From contig JBKDKA010000111.1 in assembly GCA_046345315.1 (NCBI GenBank), positions 2,062 through 34,061 on the forward strand: a stretch of DNA of 32,000 nt, written 5' to 3'. The notes under the pieces were generated by a model. That model was not told the origin of the DNA. It searched no databases and saw only the letters and a list, made by a program, of their open reading frames with translations. Below are positions 24,175 through 32,000 of this stretch, piece by piece (positions within the stretch are counted from its first letter, which is position 1; every line of letters starts with the position of its first letter). Position numbers and translations under genes: made by a program. Source of the stretch: Planctomyces sp. (lineage in GTDB: Bacteria; Planctomycetota; Planctomycetia; Planctomycetales; Planctomycetaceae).

Positions 24175-25218
24175 TCAGAACTCACCTGTCACTTCGCCAC
24201 CCATTCGTGTGGAGATGGCAATTACAACGGACGCATCAGTATTCTCAGACAGGAACCGCACGGAACCATCGGCCATGCACGCGTTCACACCACCAACGTG
24301 CCACGAGTAGTAGTCCGTTCTGTTCTGACAATTGAACACACAACGGCCGAAGATGACGGTTGCGTATGGAGCGCCGGATGCCGTCGAATTAGCGTTGGTG
24401 CCGTCAGGAGCCGAGCCATTGATACTGCGCGATACCGTATCGATATCTGCCCAGCCCCAGCCGTCAAGAACAAAGTCACCAGCCGCGTTTCTCGCCACAT
24501 TCACGGTATCAGTACACTCGCCACCACACTTCTGGTAATCAGCTTTGTAGCGGCGAGGTCGCCCCGCTGTTTCACCAATCAACAGGGTGTTGGACAGCCC
24601 GTCGGTGATAAAGCTGAGTTTCGTGTGCGTATCGCGGGCCATCGCGCCTGGAAGGCCGCGGAGAATTCCAGCCGGCAGGGCAATGCCGTTTGCTTCGTAG
24701 AATGACCGTCGCACTTCATTCGTCGTACCGTAGTCAGCCGGGCCAAGACCAGCTGCCGGCCAGGTGAAGTTACGCACGCCTGCAGGATCGCGAGCGGTAT
24801 CGTGGATCTGAGCAGTCGGTGGCGAGTCATAGCCAGGAGTGGATGGGCACTGCCATACGTTGAGTCTATTCGCCGCCAGGACGACGTTGTTCGGATGATT
24901 CCAGCTCTGATTGAAGTTCCACTGATTGTAAAGCGGAGCCTGCTCGATGAAGGGCAGAACCATAGCCGACCAGGCGTTGACGGACCCCTGAATCGTGATT
25001 CGACTCATCGGAAATGTCCCATATGAGCTTTCGTAGTTGTGAAGCGCCAGCCCAAGCTGCTTCAGATTGTTCTTGCACTGAGTTCGTCGAGCTGCTTCGC
25101 GAGCCTGCTGCACAGCGGGCAGCAGCAACGAGACCAATACCGCGATAATCGCGATGACCACCAGAAGCTCAATGAGTGTGAAACCGCGGCTGCGGTTTCG
25201 TCTGTTGTTCTCTGACAT
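24175..25218 (-). CDS. DUF1559 protein with prepilin-type N-terminal cleavage/methylation domain and H-x9-DG C-terminal motif
   Basis: N-terminus [53 protein letters not shown]-terminus [18 protein letters not shown]. This is a classical Planctomycetota family. Confidence 0.9.
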   Translation of the reverse strand: MSENNRRNRSRGFTLIELLVVIAIIAVLVSLLLPAVQQAREAARRTQCKNNLKQLGLALHNYESSYGTFPMSRITIQGSVNAWSAMVLPFIEQAPLYNQWNFNQSWNHPNNVVLAANRLNVWQCPSTPGYDSPPTAQIHDTARDPAGVRNFTWPAAGLGPADYGTTNEVRRSFYEANGIALPAGILRGLPGAMARDTHTKLSFITDGLSNTLLIGETAGRPRRYKADYQKCGGECTDTVNVARNAAGDFVLDGWGWADIDTVSRSINGSAPDGTNANSTASGAPYATVIFGRCVFNCQNRTDYYSWHVGGVNACMADGSVRFLSENTDASVVIAISTRMGGEVTGEF

Positions 25219-25260
25219 TTCTCAAAATCCTTTCAGAATAAAGTTACAAGTCACCATGAA

Positions 25261-25824
25261 TTACTTCAGCTCGATATCCGGAATTACAGTGCCACCCACT
25301 GCGACTGTAACCTGAACTCCGGATGTTTTCTGACGTGTCAGCTTTGCCGGAAGTTTTTCCGGCCGTTCATCGGAGGAATACTGAGCAACCTCTTCGGGAG
25401 TTCCCGACCAGCTGAAACTGGCGCGGTATTCTCCTGCCGGTACTCCGAAGCCCGATCCGGCAGCACGAAACGTCTGCATTCGGAAGCCGCCGTCTTCGGC
25501 AACAACCGCCGTATAAACCTCTCCCTTTGCGCTTTCCGATGCCGCAGTGACCGGGAACAATCGCACTGTACCACCCGCGATCGGCTTCCCCTGGAAGCTC
25601 ACTCGGCCTGACACCGGCTGCAGGTCATCAAACGTCTTCGGCTCACTGGCTTCCTGCTGACCACAGCCAGAACAGAAGACTGCAGCAATCAGCAACAAAG
25701 CTGCCGCAAAGTGCCTTCGCACAGGCGTCAAGCCTGCAGTTCTGTCACCACCCGTCTGCGTTACGCTGTACTGAAATCTGGTTACCATCCGAAGCCTTGA
25801 AAACGACCAAAAGTTAACTGCCAT
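25261..25824 (-). CDS. Small lipoprotein with carboxypeptidase-regulatory-like beta-sandwich domain (usual DUF1559 neighbour)
   Basis: Lipobox-like LLLIAAVFCSGCG, then VSGRVSFQGKPIAGGTVRLFP. The start is ambiguous: ATG at 25824 or ATG at 25788. Confidence 0.6.
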   Translation of the reverse strand: MAVNFWSFSRLRMVTRFQYSVTQTGGDRTAGLTPVRRHFAAALLLIAAVFCSGCGQQEASEPKTFDDLQPVSGRVSFQGKPIAGGTVRLFPVTAASESAKGEVYTAVVAEDGGFRMQTFRAAGSGFGVPAGEYRASFSWSGTPEEVAQYSSDERPEKLPAKLTRQKTSGVQVTVAVGGTVIPDIELK

Positions 25825-26355
25825 TCGTCATATCCCTCGCCGAAACGTCATCTCCACACCCTGATGCTTCGCATCCCAGCGATGGAGAGCATGCCGCCAA
25901 AAATGAAAATGTTAGGCAGCGGAGAGGGACGTTGTTTCCTGTCTCCAGCGGAGACTGTGTGTTTCAGACGAAGGGCATCTTTCGCGGAATTGTTAAGAAA
26001 TCATGAACAAATATTTTTTTCTCAGAATGCGCCAATGCAGGTCAGCCTGGTGTTTCGGAAATCAGCACGGACATCAGCGAAGCCCGCGAGAAGCCTTCCT
26101 GATGCGATGAACTCGATGTCCGTGGACTCGATGCGATAAAGCAGATGGCCTCGAATAATCCCCGCAGATTACCAGCTCTGTAATCGTTGCCCTGTCTGGC
26201 TGATCCGGAAACGCATCGCACCCTGTTTTTCCGGTCGTCGAGCGACACGATCCAGAGCGGATATTCGGAGATACCGGAAAGGCCCGAATTTCTTATCACA
26301 TGAACTGACGATTCTTGAAACACATCAAAATTTTTTCCCGACACGGAGGTGTTCA

Positions 26356-26928
26356 GTGATGGTTCGAAATCAGTTCACTCGAAAGTTCATCTGCACATTG
26401 ACGAGTGCTGTGACCCTGGGAAGCGGCCTGAGTGTCCAGGCAGCGGACAAGGTGACAACTCCGTCAACCACGACGGTCACCGCTCAGCCGAAGGATGCTC
26501 CCGGAAAAATCCGAGACGTGAAGCTGTCCGAAGGCGGCGTTCTGGAAATGCAGCTTGTCGACCAGAACAGTCGGCCGATTCAGGACGTTTCGGTGGAGTT
26601 GCAGTTTGGAGGGAAGCGCGTTGCAACGGCGCGAAGCGACAAAACCGGCACCGTTCGTTTCGTTCGAGTTCGTGCCGGCCAGCATACAATTCAGGCGGGG
26701 GACAACATTCAGAATGTGCGACTCTGGCAGGGTGATGCTGCTCCGCCACAGGCCGTCACCAAACTCGCTGTGACAACTGAAGAGCGGATCGTTCGCGGTC
26801 AGGGCGGCGCTGGAGGTTTTCTGATTCCTATCACCGTCGGGGGTGCGCTCGCAGGCGCCATTTACAGCGTTGTTGAAACTCAGGACCTGAAAGATGAAGT
26901 TGATGCTCTGCGAGCCGCCAGTCCCTAG
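26356..26928 (+). CDS. Secreted protein with beta-sandwich (carboxypeptidase-regulatory-like) domain and C-terminal hydrophobic anchor
   Basis: GGAGG at 26345-26349 precedes GTG 26356 and ATG 26359. Signal peptide FICTLTSAVTLGSGLSVQAA. Domain segment LEMQLVDQNSRPIQDVSVELQFGGKRVATARSDKTGTVRFVRVRAGQHTI. C-terminal helix GGFLIPITVGGALAGAIYSVV. Confidence 0.6.
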   Translation: MMVRNQFTRKFICTLTSAVTLGSGLSVQAADKVTTPSTTTVTAQPKDAPGKIRDVKLSEGGVLEMQLVDQNSRPIQDVSVELQFGGKRVATARSDKTGTVRFVRVRAGQHTIQAGDNIQNVRLWQGDAAPPQAVTKLAVTTEERIVRGQGGAGGFLIPITVGGALAGAIYSVVETQDLKDEVDALRAASP

Positions 26929-26994
26929 TCTGGCGTTGTGCCGCAGGCTGGTGCATTTGCAGTCATGAAATGAAGGAAGACGAAAGGTGGGTCC

Positions 26995-27056
26995 TGTGTG
27001 CCACTGGCTATGCCAGTGCTGCTGCTGGAACACACTGGCATAGCCAGTGGCACACA
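26995..27056. repeat. Perfect 24-bp-arm inverted repeat (62 nt) with nested internal palindromes
   Basis: Left arm tgtgtgccactggctatgccagtg (26995-27018). Loop ctgctgctggaaca. Right arm cactggcatagccagtggcacaca (27033-27056), the exact reverse complement of the left arm. Each arm also contains its own small palindrome (ccactggc tat gccagtg). Confidence 0.85.
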
Positions 27057-27246
27057 TCAATTGATCCTGGACAGAGCAATGGATTGTTCTGCACGTCAGA
27101 TTACTCGGATTTCGTACAGTCTCGCTCGGTTAACGGTTCCTGCCCGTTCGAAATTCCGCACGCCGGCGATGTGCTGGACAATCCGCAGTATCCTGATGAC
27201 GGACAGCGGCAGCTCATTTCCGACATCCTGAAAACATGCCATAATG

Positions 27247-27284
27247 CGAGCGCGGTGTCCACACCGCGCTCGTTTCGTGTTTTC
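27247..27284 (+). terminator. Terminator-like GC hairpin plus T-rich tract directly upstream of the M20 gene RBS
   Basis: cgagcgcggtgt (27247-27258) and acaccgcgctcg (27261-27272) are exact complements. The effective structure is about a 10-bp stem with a 6-nt loop. It is followed by tttcgtgttttc (27273-27284), then AGGA (27285-27288), then ATG at 27295. Confidence 0.5.
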
Positions 27285-27294
27285 AGGAAACAAA

Positions 27295-28569
27295 ATGAAT
27301 CGAATCGACCACTCACGCATCACCGCTGCCGATATCGAACGAGTGATACCCTTTGAGGTACTGATCGATCGGATCGCCGAATCCCGCGCATCGGCACTCA
27401 CCGAATGTCGCCGGGCGCTGCATCAGTTTCCGGAACCGAGCGGTGAAGAAACCGCCACTACGGCGTTCATCGCTGATCGGCTGAAGCAGCTGGGAATTGA
27501 TGCTCGCATCCCGGATCGGGGCGTCGGCGTCATCGGTGACCTGCGCATCGGACCGAAGGACGATACAACGCCGATCATTGCTCTGCGTGCTGACATCGAT
27601 GCCCTGCGAATGACCGATGCGAAGAATGTCGAATACGCATCACAGCGTTCCGGATTCGCTCATGCCTGTGGACATGATGCTCACACAACAGTCATTCTTG
27701 CTGCTGCCGAAATCCTGGAGACCGTGGCGTCTCGTTCGCAGGAGTCAGAACTTCCACCGATGCGGTTTCGATTCATTTTTCAGCCGGCAGAAGAAACAGC
27801 TCAAGGCGCTGAATGGATGATTTCGGACGGCGCTCTCGATGGCGTTCAGGAAATTCTCGGCCTTCATATGGATCCGACCATTCGAGCCGGACGAGTCGGC
27901 ATTCGCTACGGAGTCCTGACGGCTCAGGTCGATGATATTCACTTTCTGATTCACGGGCGAGGTGGACACGCCGCCCGTCCGCACGACAGCAGTGATCCGA
28001 TCGCTGCGGCAGTGTTATTGGTTTCGACGTTCTATCAGCAGATTCCTCGAAATGCGGATGCACTTACTCCGACAGTCTTTACCATCGGATCCATTCACGG
28101 TGGCACGGCATCCAACGTCATCCCGGATCACGTCCGCCTCTCCGGCACTCTTCGTTCAACGGATTCCACAACTCGAGCAGCCACGGTGGGAAAGATCAGG
28201 AAGATCTGTGAATCAGTCGGTGCAATGACCGGCAATACCATTGAACCGGAGTTTCGAATGGGGCTGGGAGCGGTCATCAACGATTACCGTGTGACATCAG
28301 CTCTGGAAGAATCTGCTCGCCTTGTGATCGGCTCCGACAACGTCGTCAGCATCGGTCGACCAAGTATGGGCGGCGAAGACTTTGCCGCATACATCGAACG
28401 GATTCCGGGCGCCCAGTTCCGACTGGGATGTGCCGGCGACGATCGCGACTGGCCTCTGCTGCACTCTCCGGTTTTTGATATCGAAGAATCCTCGATGGTC
28501 GTGGGTGCTCGCGTCCTGGCCCGTGCCGCTCTGCTGCTGGCTATGACACCACGGAGGATCACAACATGA
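27295..28569 (+). CDS. M20D-family amidohydrolase (N-acyl-amino-acid / hippurate hydrolase-like)
   Basis: Track ORF 27244..28569. Motifs: LHQFPEPSGEE, ALRADIDALRM, HACGHDAHT, FQPAEE and MGGEDFA. I use the ATG at 27295 (MNRIDHS...) because the 17-codon extension is just the translated palindrome/terminator. Confidence 0.9.
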   Translation: MNRIDHSRITAADIERVIPFEVLIDRIAESRASALTECRRALHQFPEPSGEETATTAFIADRLKQLGIDARIPDRGVGVIGDLRIGPKDDTTPIIALRADIDALRMTDAKNVEYASQRSGFAHACGHDAHTTVILAAAEILETVASRSQESELPPMRFRFIFQPAEETAQGAEWMISDGALDGVQEILGLHMDPTIRAGRVGIRYGVLTAQVDDIHFLIHGRGGHAARPHDSSDPIAAAVLLVSTFYQQIPRNADALTPTVFTIGSIHGGTASNVIPDHVRLSGTLRSTDSTTRAATVGKIRKICESVGAMTGNTIEPEFRMGLGAVINDYRVTSALEESARLVIGSDNVVSIGRPSMGGEDFAAYIERIPGAQFRLGCAGDDRDWPLLHSPVFDIEESSMVVGARVLARAALLLAMTPRRITT

Positions 28570-29681
28570 CCGTGATGCGATTTACACCGAATACCAGCCC
28601 GACAGTCGGGGTGGAGATCGAACTTCAGATGGTGGATGCCGAAGAATTGGCACTCTGCAGCTGCATCTCTGAGGTGATTGCTGCGATTCCGCCACATCTG
28701 CGCGGCTCCGTGAAGCCGGAGCTGATGCAGTGTTACATTGAAATCAATACGCGGATCTGCAGAACCGTCCGGGAAGCCGGAGAAGACCTTCGAGAAAAAC
28801 TGGCGGATCTCGAAAGCGTCGTCAATCCACTGGGAATTCAGCTCTTCTGGGCAGCAACGCACCCGTTCTCTTCATGGCGTCATCAGCACATCACAGTCAA
28901 CGATCGCTACCTGCGGCTCGTTGAACTCATGGAAGACGTGGCACGGCGGCTGGTCACGTTCGGCCTTCATGTCCATGTGGGTGTCGACACCGGCGACAAG
29001 GCAATCATGATCTGCGATCGGATGCAGCAGCACCTTCCGCTGCTGCTGGCTCTTTCTGCCAACTCCCCATTCTGGGAAGGTCGAAACACGGGCCTGAAAT
29101 CCAACCGTTCCAAAATCATGGAAGGCCTTCCGACCGCAGGGCTTCCTTATCAGATGCGAAACTGGAGCGAATATGTCTGGCTGGTGAATCATCTGATCGA
29201 TACCGGCTTTATCAATTCCATTCGCGAAATCTGGTGGGACATCCGTCCGCATCATCACTTCGGAACAGTCGAAATCCGCGTCTGCGATGTGCCGCCCAAT
29301 CTTGATCACGTTCTGGCGCTCACGGCGCTGATCCAGTGTCTTGTGCATACGATTTCCATCGAAATTGATGAAGGGACGTTTCTGGGTGATTACCATCCGA
29401 TGATGGTGGAACAGAACAAATGGCGAGCCACACGTTACGGGGCTGATGCCTCACTGGTAAGCTCAAAGGATTTTCAGCCACGGTCGGTACAGACAATCGT
29501 CGACAACCTCGTCGAACAGCTCACTCCGGCGGCCATTGAGCTCAGCTGCCTGCCGGAGCTCCGAAGCGTGCGCGAACTGCCATCCAACACGGGTGCCCGG
29601 CAGCAACTGGAAATTTTTCAGGCGACTCAGAGCCGTCGTCAGGTCGTTCGGGAAATGATCGAGCGAAATCGGAAACAGTAA
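28566..29681 (+). CDS. YbdK-type carboxylate-amine ligase (glutamate-cysteine ligase family 2)
   Basis: Motifs: TVGVEIELQMVD, FGLHVHVGV, LLALSANSPFWEGRNTG and WWDIRPHHHFGTVEIRVCD. Its ATG overlaps the M20 stop (ATGA at 28566-28569). Confidence 0.9.
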   Translation: MTVMRFTPNTSPTVGVEIELQMVDAEELALCSCISEVIAAIPPHLRGSVKPELMQCYIEINTRICRTVREAGEDLREKLADLESVVNPLGIQLFWAATHPFSSWRHQHITVNDRYLRLVELMEDVARRLVTFGLHVHVGVDTGDKAIMICDRMQQHLPLLLALSANSPFWEGRNTGLKSNRSKIMEGLPTAGLPYQMRNWSEYVWLVNHLIDTGFINSIREIWWDIRPHHHFGTVEIRVCDVPPNLDHVLALTALIQCLVHTISIEIDEGTFLGDYHPMMVEQNKWRATRYGADASLVSSKDFQPRSVQTIVDNLVEQLTPAAIELSCLPELRSVRELPSNTGARQQLEIFQATQSRRQVVREMIERNRKQ

Positions 29682-29686
29682 TCAAC

Positions 29687-30397
29687 ATGTCGAATCGAGA
29701 AGCGAAATTCCTGGCCCTTGCATGGTCCGACAATCCAACACTGCTGGCGGAAGATCTCACGGCGTTCATGAGCTGGCTGAAGCAGAACGCACTTCAGAGT
29801 CATCAGGATGGCGCTGGTACTCCTGATGATCGAACAGCATCGTTGCGCATCATCACGAATTCCGCAGCGGAGGCACTCCAGCGGGTGGTTCCGTTGAGTG
29901 ACGCGCTCTCTGCTTATCGAAGGCTGGTCCAGAAACCACAGATTGATACCACGGTTCTGCTGCCGCTGGTGGAGTCACTCTCTGCAGCGGCTGAGGCTCA
30001 GCTGGATGTCGCTGTCTCTGTAATCCCGGACATTGAGCGACATATCGCTGATTTTCGTCGATGGGCACAGATTCAGGCTCAGAAGGAATCTGACATCCCT
30101 CTTCGAAGCGAGATTCTGAAAACCACGATCGAGGAACTTGGCGACGAACTGCTGGTGCTGACGGACGAAAATGGCAGCGTCAAACTCCGGGGAACTTCCA
30201 ACATTCCGATGTTTCTCGCATTCTGGCGAGCACGCGGACACCGCCTCGGACCGGAAGCATTCCTCGACATCGACCGAAATGTCAGGAAAACGAATCTCGA
30301 TCGCCATCGAACACGTCTGTGCGCTCTGCTGCAGAGAGTCCTGCTTGAAATCGTTGCCGACGGCAACGGGCTGAAACTTCAAAAATGCCGCGAATAG
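29687..30397 (+). CDS. Hypothetical cytoplasmic, predominantly helical protein (236 aa)
   Basis: The ORF starts 5 nt after the YbdK stop. It has no signal peptide, no TM segment and no motif I recognise. Its codon and composition pattern resembles that of its neighbours. Confidence 0.55.
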   Translation: MSNREAKFLALAWSDNPTLLAEDLTAFMSWLKQNALQSHQDGAGTPDDRTASLRIITNSAAEALQRVVPLSDALSAYRRLVQKPQIDTTVLLPLVESLSAAAEAQLDVAVSVIPDIERHIADFRRWAQIQAQKESDIPLRSEILKTTIEELGDELLVLTDENGSVKLRGTSNIPMFLAFWRARGHRLGPEAFLDIDRNVRKTNLDRHRTRLCALLQRVLLEIVADGNGLKLQKCRE

Positions 30398-30477
30398 ATT
30401 GTTGTGGCCGGTCTCCGACCGAGCCACCTCGTTGGCCGAACATCGTTCCGGATTCAGAACGCTGTCTCCGCATCGTT

Positions 30478-31929
30478 TTATTTCGGCGCAGGCACCGTCT
30501 CTGCGACGTTCCGGATATGGTTCAGGACTCGCAGGTGAATCTGATGCACCAGTGAGTCCGACCAGAGAGTCCAGTAACTTTGAGGATGCATTTCCAGAAC
30601 GTACCAGGTTGTTCCGATCAGCCGAGTACCACCGCTGGGAAGTGGTTCCAGCAGAAATTCTCCCCGAGTTGACCGAAAGGCTCCGTCCAGATGTGGCGGA
30701 TGAATATGACGATACGGTGTGAGCTCAAACATCGGTTCGGGCTGTTCAGTCACATCGAATGCCAGTCGACGATTTTCCTGCCACACCGTAATCGGTTCGA
30801 CAAATGTACCGGTTGTAAACTCACAATAACGGATGGAACCAACTCCTGAACCGTCAATGCGAGCCCTCAGCGGAGCGGCGATTCCTGAACGGAAGAACCA
30901 GGCGGGTTCATCGGTGATTTCCGGAAAAGCAATGACCTGCTTCCAGACGATCTCCGGAGGTGCCTGAATATCGATGGACGTTCTGACAGCGAACACAGGC
31001 TCCGGTGAGATCAGATGTTCAACGGAAGCGAGCAACGGCAGCGCTGCGATGCACCACATCATCCCGCCCGCCTCACGTCCGGGCTGAACGGATTCGGTCG
31101 TGATGGAGCGTCCGATCAGAGCTCCCATCATTGCAATCGGCAGCATAATGGGCATGGCCATAATGATACAGATGGCACCTTCCAGCCCCACCAGCAGCAG
31201 TCCGAAACAGCAGCAGAACACCATGGCCGTCGTATGCAGCAGTGTCAGCAGCACAGGGCGTCGCGATGGTCGATTAAAGAAAAAAGAACTGACCGCACCT
31301 GAGACCAGTGGTGTTCCGAAGAATAATGCAGCACCGTAGCTGTCCAGCACATAGATCGTCAGTACAGTGGAAGCAAGAGCATAAAGAACCCCTGCACCGA
31401 GACCATAAACAGTCGCGAGCACACCCGAGCCCGTGAATACTCCGGTTTCCGGAACTGTCACCAGCACAGACGGATCCGGTGCCTTCCAGACTTCACGCAG
31501 CATCTGAGCCTGTTCGTCTTCGGACTGGGCTGCATTTGTTTTCGTCGGAATCAGACTCAGGAGAAACATGCCGAGAAAATTTACCAGTGGCACCAGCATG
31601 ATCAGGCCGAACCAGGGAGAAATCCCCGCGTCGCGGCACCGGCGAATGCTCATCGCAACGGCAATCCAGACAAACGGAATAGTCCAGAGCACCAGCGCCA
31701 TTCCCAACCATTCGGGGGCGCCTTCCGTGAAGCGAGCTCGGCTGCTGAGCAGCGGAGTGAGATAATCGAGAGGCGTATAGAAACGCCCCGTCATTCCGCT
31801 GATCACGGATGCTTCGACGGCATACTTCAGCAGCGACAGGCCCAGTCCCGTGAAGAGGTACTGCTGCCGCCCGACGGAACCATTCAGATGAACGCACGCA
31901 GAAACTCGGAACGCAGGTGATGGAGCCAT
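30478..31929 (-). CDS. Fusion membrane protein: DUF805 N-terminal domain, polytopic core, C-terminal SRPBCC (START/polyketide-cyclase-like) domain
   Basis: Track ORF 30478..31944 (TTG start); the ATG at the complement of 31927-31929 is preferred. DUF805 signature IAVAMSIRRCRDAGISPWFGLIMLVPLVNFLGMFLL. Several further TM helices follow. The C-terminal block is IDIQAPPEIVWKQVIAFPEI ... IRYCEFTTGTFVEPITVWQENRRLAFDV ... GEFLLEPLPSGGTRLIGTTWY, with SRPBCC-like beta/alpha pattern. Confidence 0.75.
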   Translation of the reverse strand: MAPSPAFRVSACVHLNGSVGRQQYLFTGLGLSLLKYAVEASVISGMTGRFYTPLDYLTPLLSSRARFTEGAPEWLGMALVLWTIPFVWIAVAMSIRRCRDAGISPWFGLIMLVPLVNFLGMFLLSLIPTKTNAAQSEDEQAQMLREVWKAPDPSVLVTVPETGVFTGSGVLATVYGLGAGVLYALASTVLTIYVLDSYGAALFFGTPLVSGAVSSFFFNRPSRRPVLLTLLHTTAMVFCCCFGLLLVGLEGAICIIMAMPIMLPIAMMGALIGRSITTESVQPGREAGGMMWCIAALPLLASVEHLISPEPVFAVRTSIDIQAPPEIVWKQVIAFPEITDEPAWFFRSGIAAPLRARIDGSGVGSIRYCEFTTGTFVEPITVWQENRRLAFDVTEQPEPMFELTPYRHIHPPHLDGAFRSTRGEFLLEPLPSGGTRLIGTTWYVLEMHPQSYWTLWSDSLVHQIHLRVLNHIRNVAETVPAPK

Positions 31930-32000
31930 AGAGCGTCCTGCCAATAGATCACAATCAGACCGTTGACAATCAAAGTGAGTTTCAGTCTATCCGAGATGCG

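Noticed and set aside
25864-26344. ORFs 25864..26139(+) and 26042..26344(-) in the 530-bp divergent intergenic region
   Set aside because: They overlap each other on opposite strands. Neither has an RBS context or recognisable motifs. The region is comparatively AT-rich with homopolymer runs, consistent with a divergent promoter region.
27100-27175. Possible degenerate third copy of the 96-nt repeat (ggttcctgcccgttcgaaattccgcacgccgg resembles ggtgttttccctcaaattccgcaacggc)
   Set aside because: The similarity is limited to about 30 nt, needs several indels, and the terminal arms are missing. It is not convincing without a statistical alignment.
27244-27294. Longer M20 start at ATG 27244
   Set aside because: The extra 17 codons (MRARCPHRARFVFSGNK) are simply the translation of the palindromic terminator-like hairpin. 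An AGGA site precedes ATG 27295.
1-32000. Mobile elements, prophage, toxin-antitoxin or known anti-phage defence systems
   Set aside because: I recognised no transposase, integrase, recombinase, nuclease-helicase, ATPase-nuclease or small paired TA-like ORFs. No tRNA integration site or obvious compositional island boundary was visible. The window reads as core or accessory metabolic chromosome.

Overview
Moderately GC-rich bacterial chromosomal segment. The gene content points to Planctomycetota: a DUF1501 + PSCyt/DUF1549/DUF1553 gene pair, a DUF1559 prepilin-like protein with an H-x9-DG tail next to a small lipoprotein, and many Tat/Sec-exported proteins. All family calls are by eye from motifs; no search was run. 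I support 27 protein-coding genes, 26 reasonably well and one tiny ORF weakly. One gene runs off the left edge and is missing from the ORF track. I found no rRNA, tRNA, CRISPR array, transposase, integrase, phage gene or recognisable defence gene. Layout: 1-11.4 kb (minus strand) holds PhoD-like phosphatase, smpB, a Tat-exported NHL propeller, DUF1501, DUF1553, a double-module U32 protein and TraB/GumN. 11.7-16.2 kb (minus) holds a lipid-type operon: methyltransferase, GT4 glycosyltransferase, PAP2 phosphatase, alpha/beta hydrolase and an LpxH/PlcP-like phosphoesterase. It diverges from a plus-strand operon at 16.5-24.0 kb: GMC oxidoreductase, psd, a 656-aa PCMH-type flavoprotein, a 768-aa double aminotransferase and a small membrane protein. 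24.2-25.8 kb (minus) holds DUF1559 plus a lipoprotein. 26.4-30.4 kb (plus) holds a secreted protein followed by a tightly coupled M20 amidohydrolase / YbdK-type ligase / unknown operon. 30.5-31.9 kb (minus) holds a DUF805-polytopic-SRPBCC fusion. The best candidate for something undescribed is the divergent lipid locus at 11.7-24.0 kb. Its most unusual part is the overlapping pair of a flavin oxidase-like protein and a single-chain tandem aminotransferase whose N-terminal module has lost the PLP lysine. Intergenic DNA also carries three unexplained structured repeats: a 40-bp hairpin unit in tandem plus an inverted copy (2842-3183), a 96-nt gap-free repeat present twice (3206 and 18099), and a perfect 24-bp-arm nested palindrome (26995-27056).
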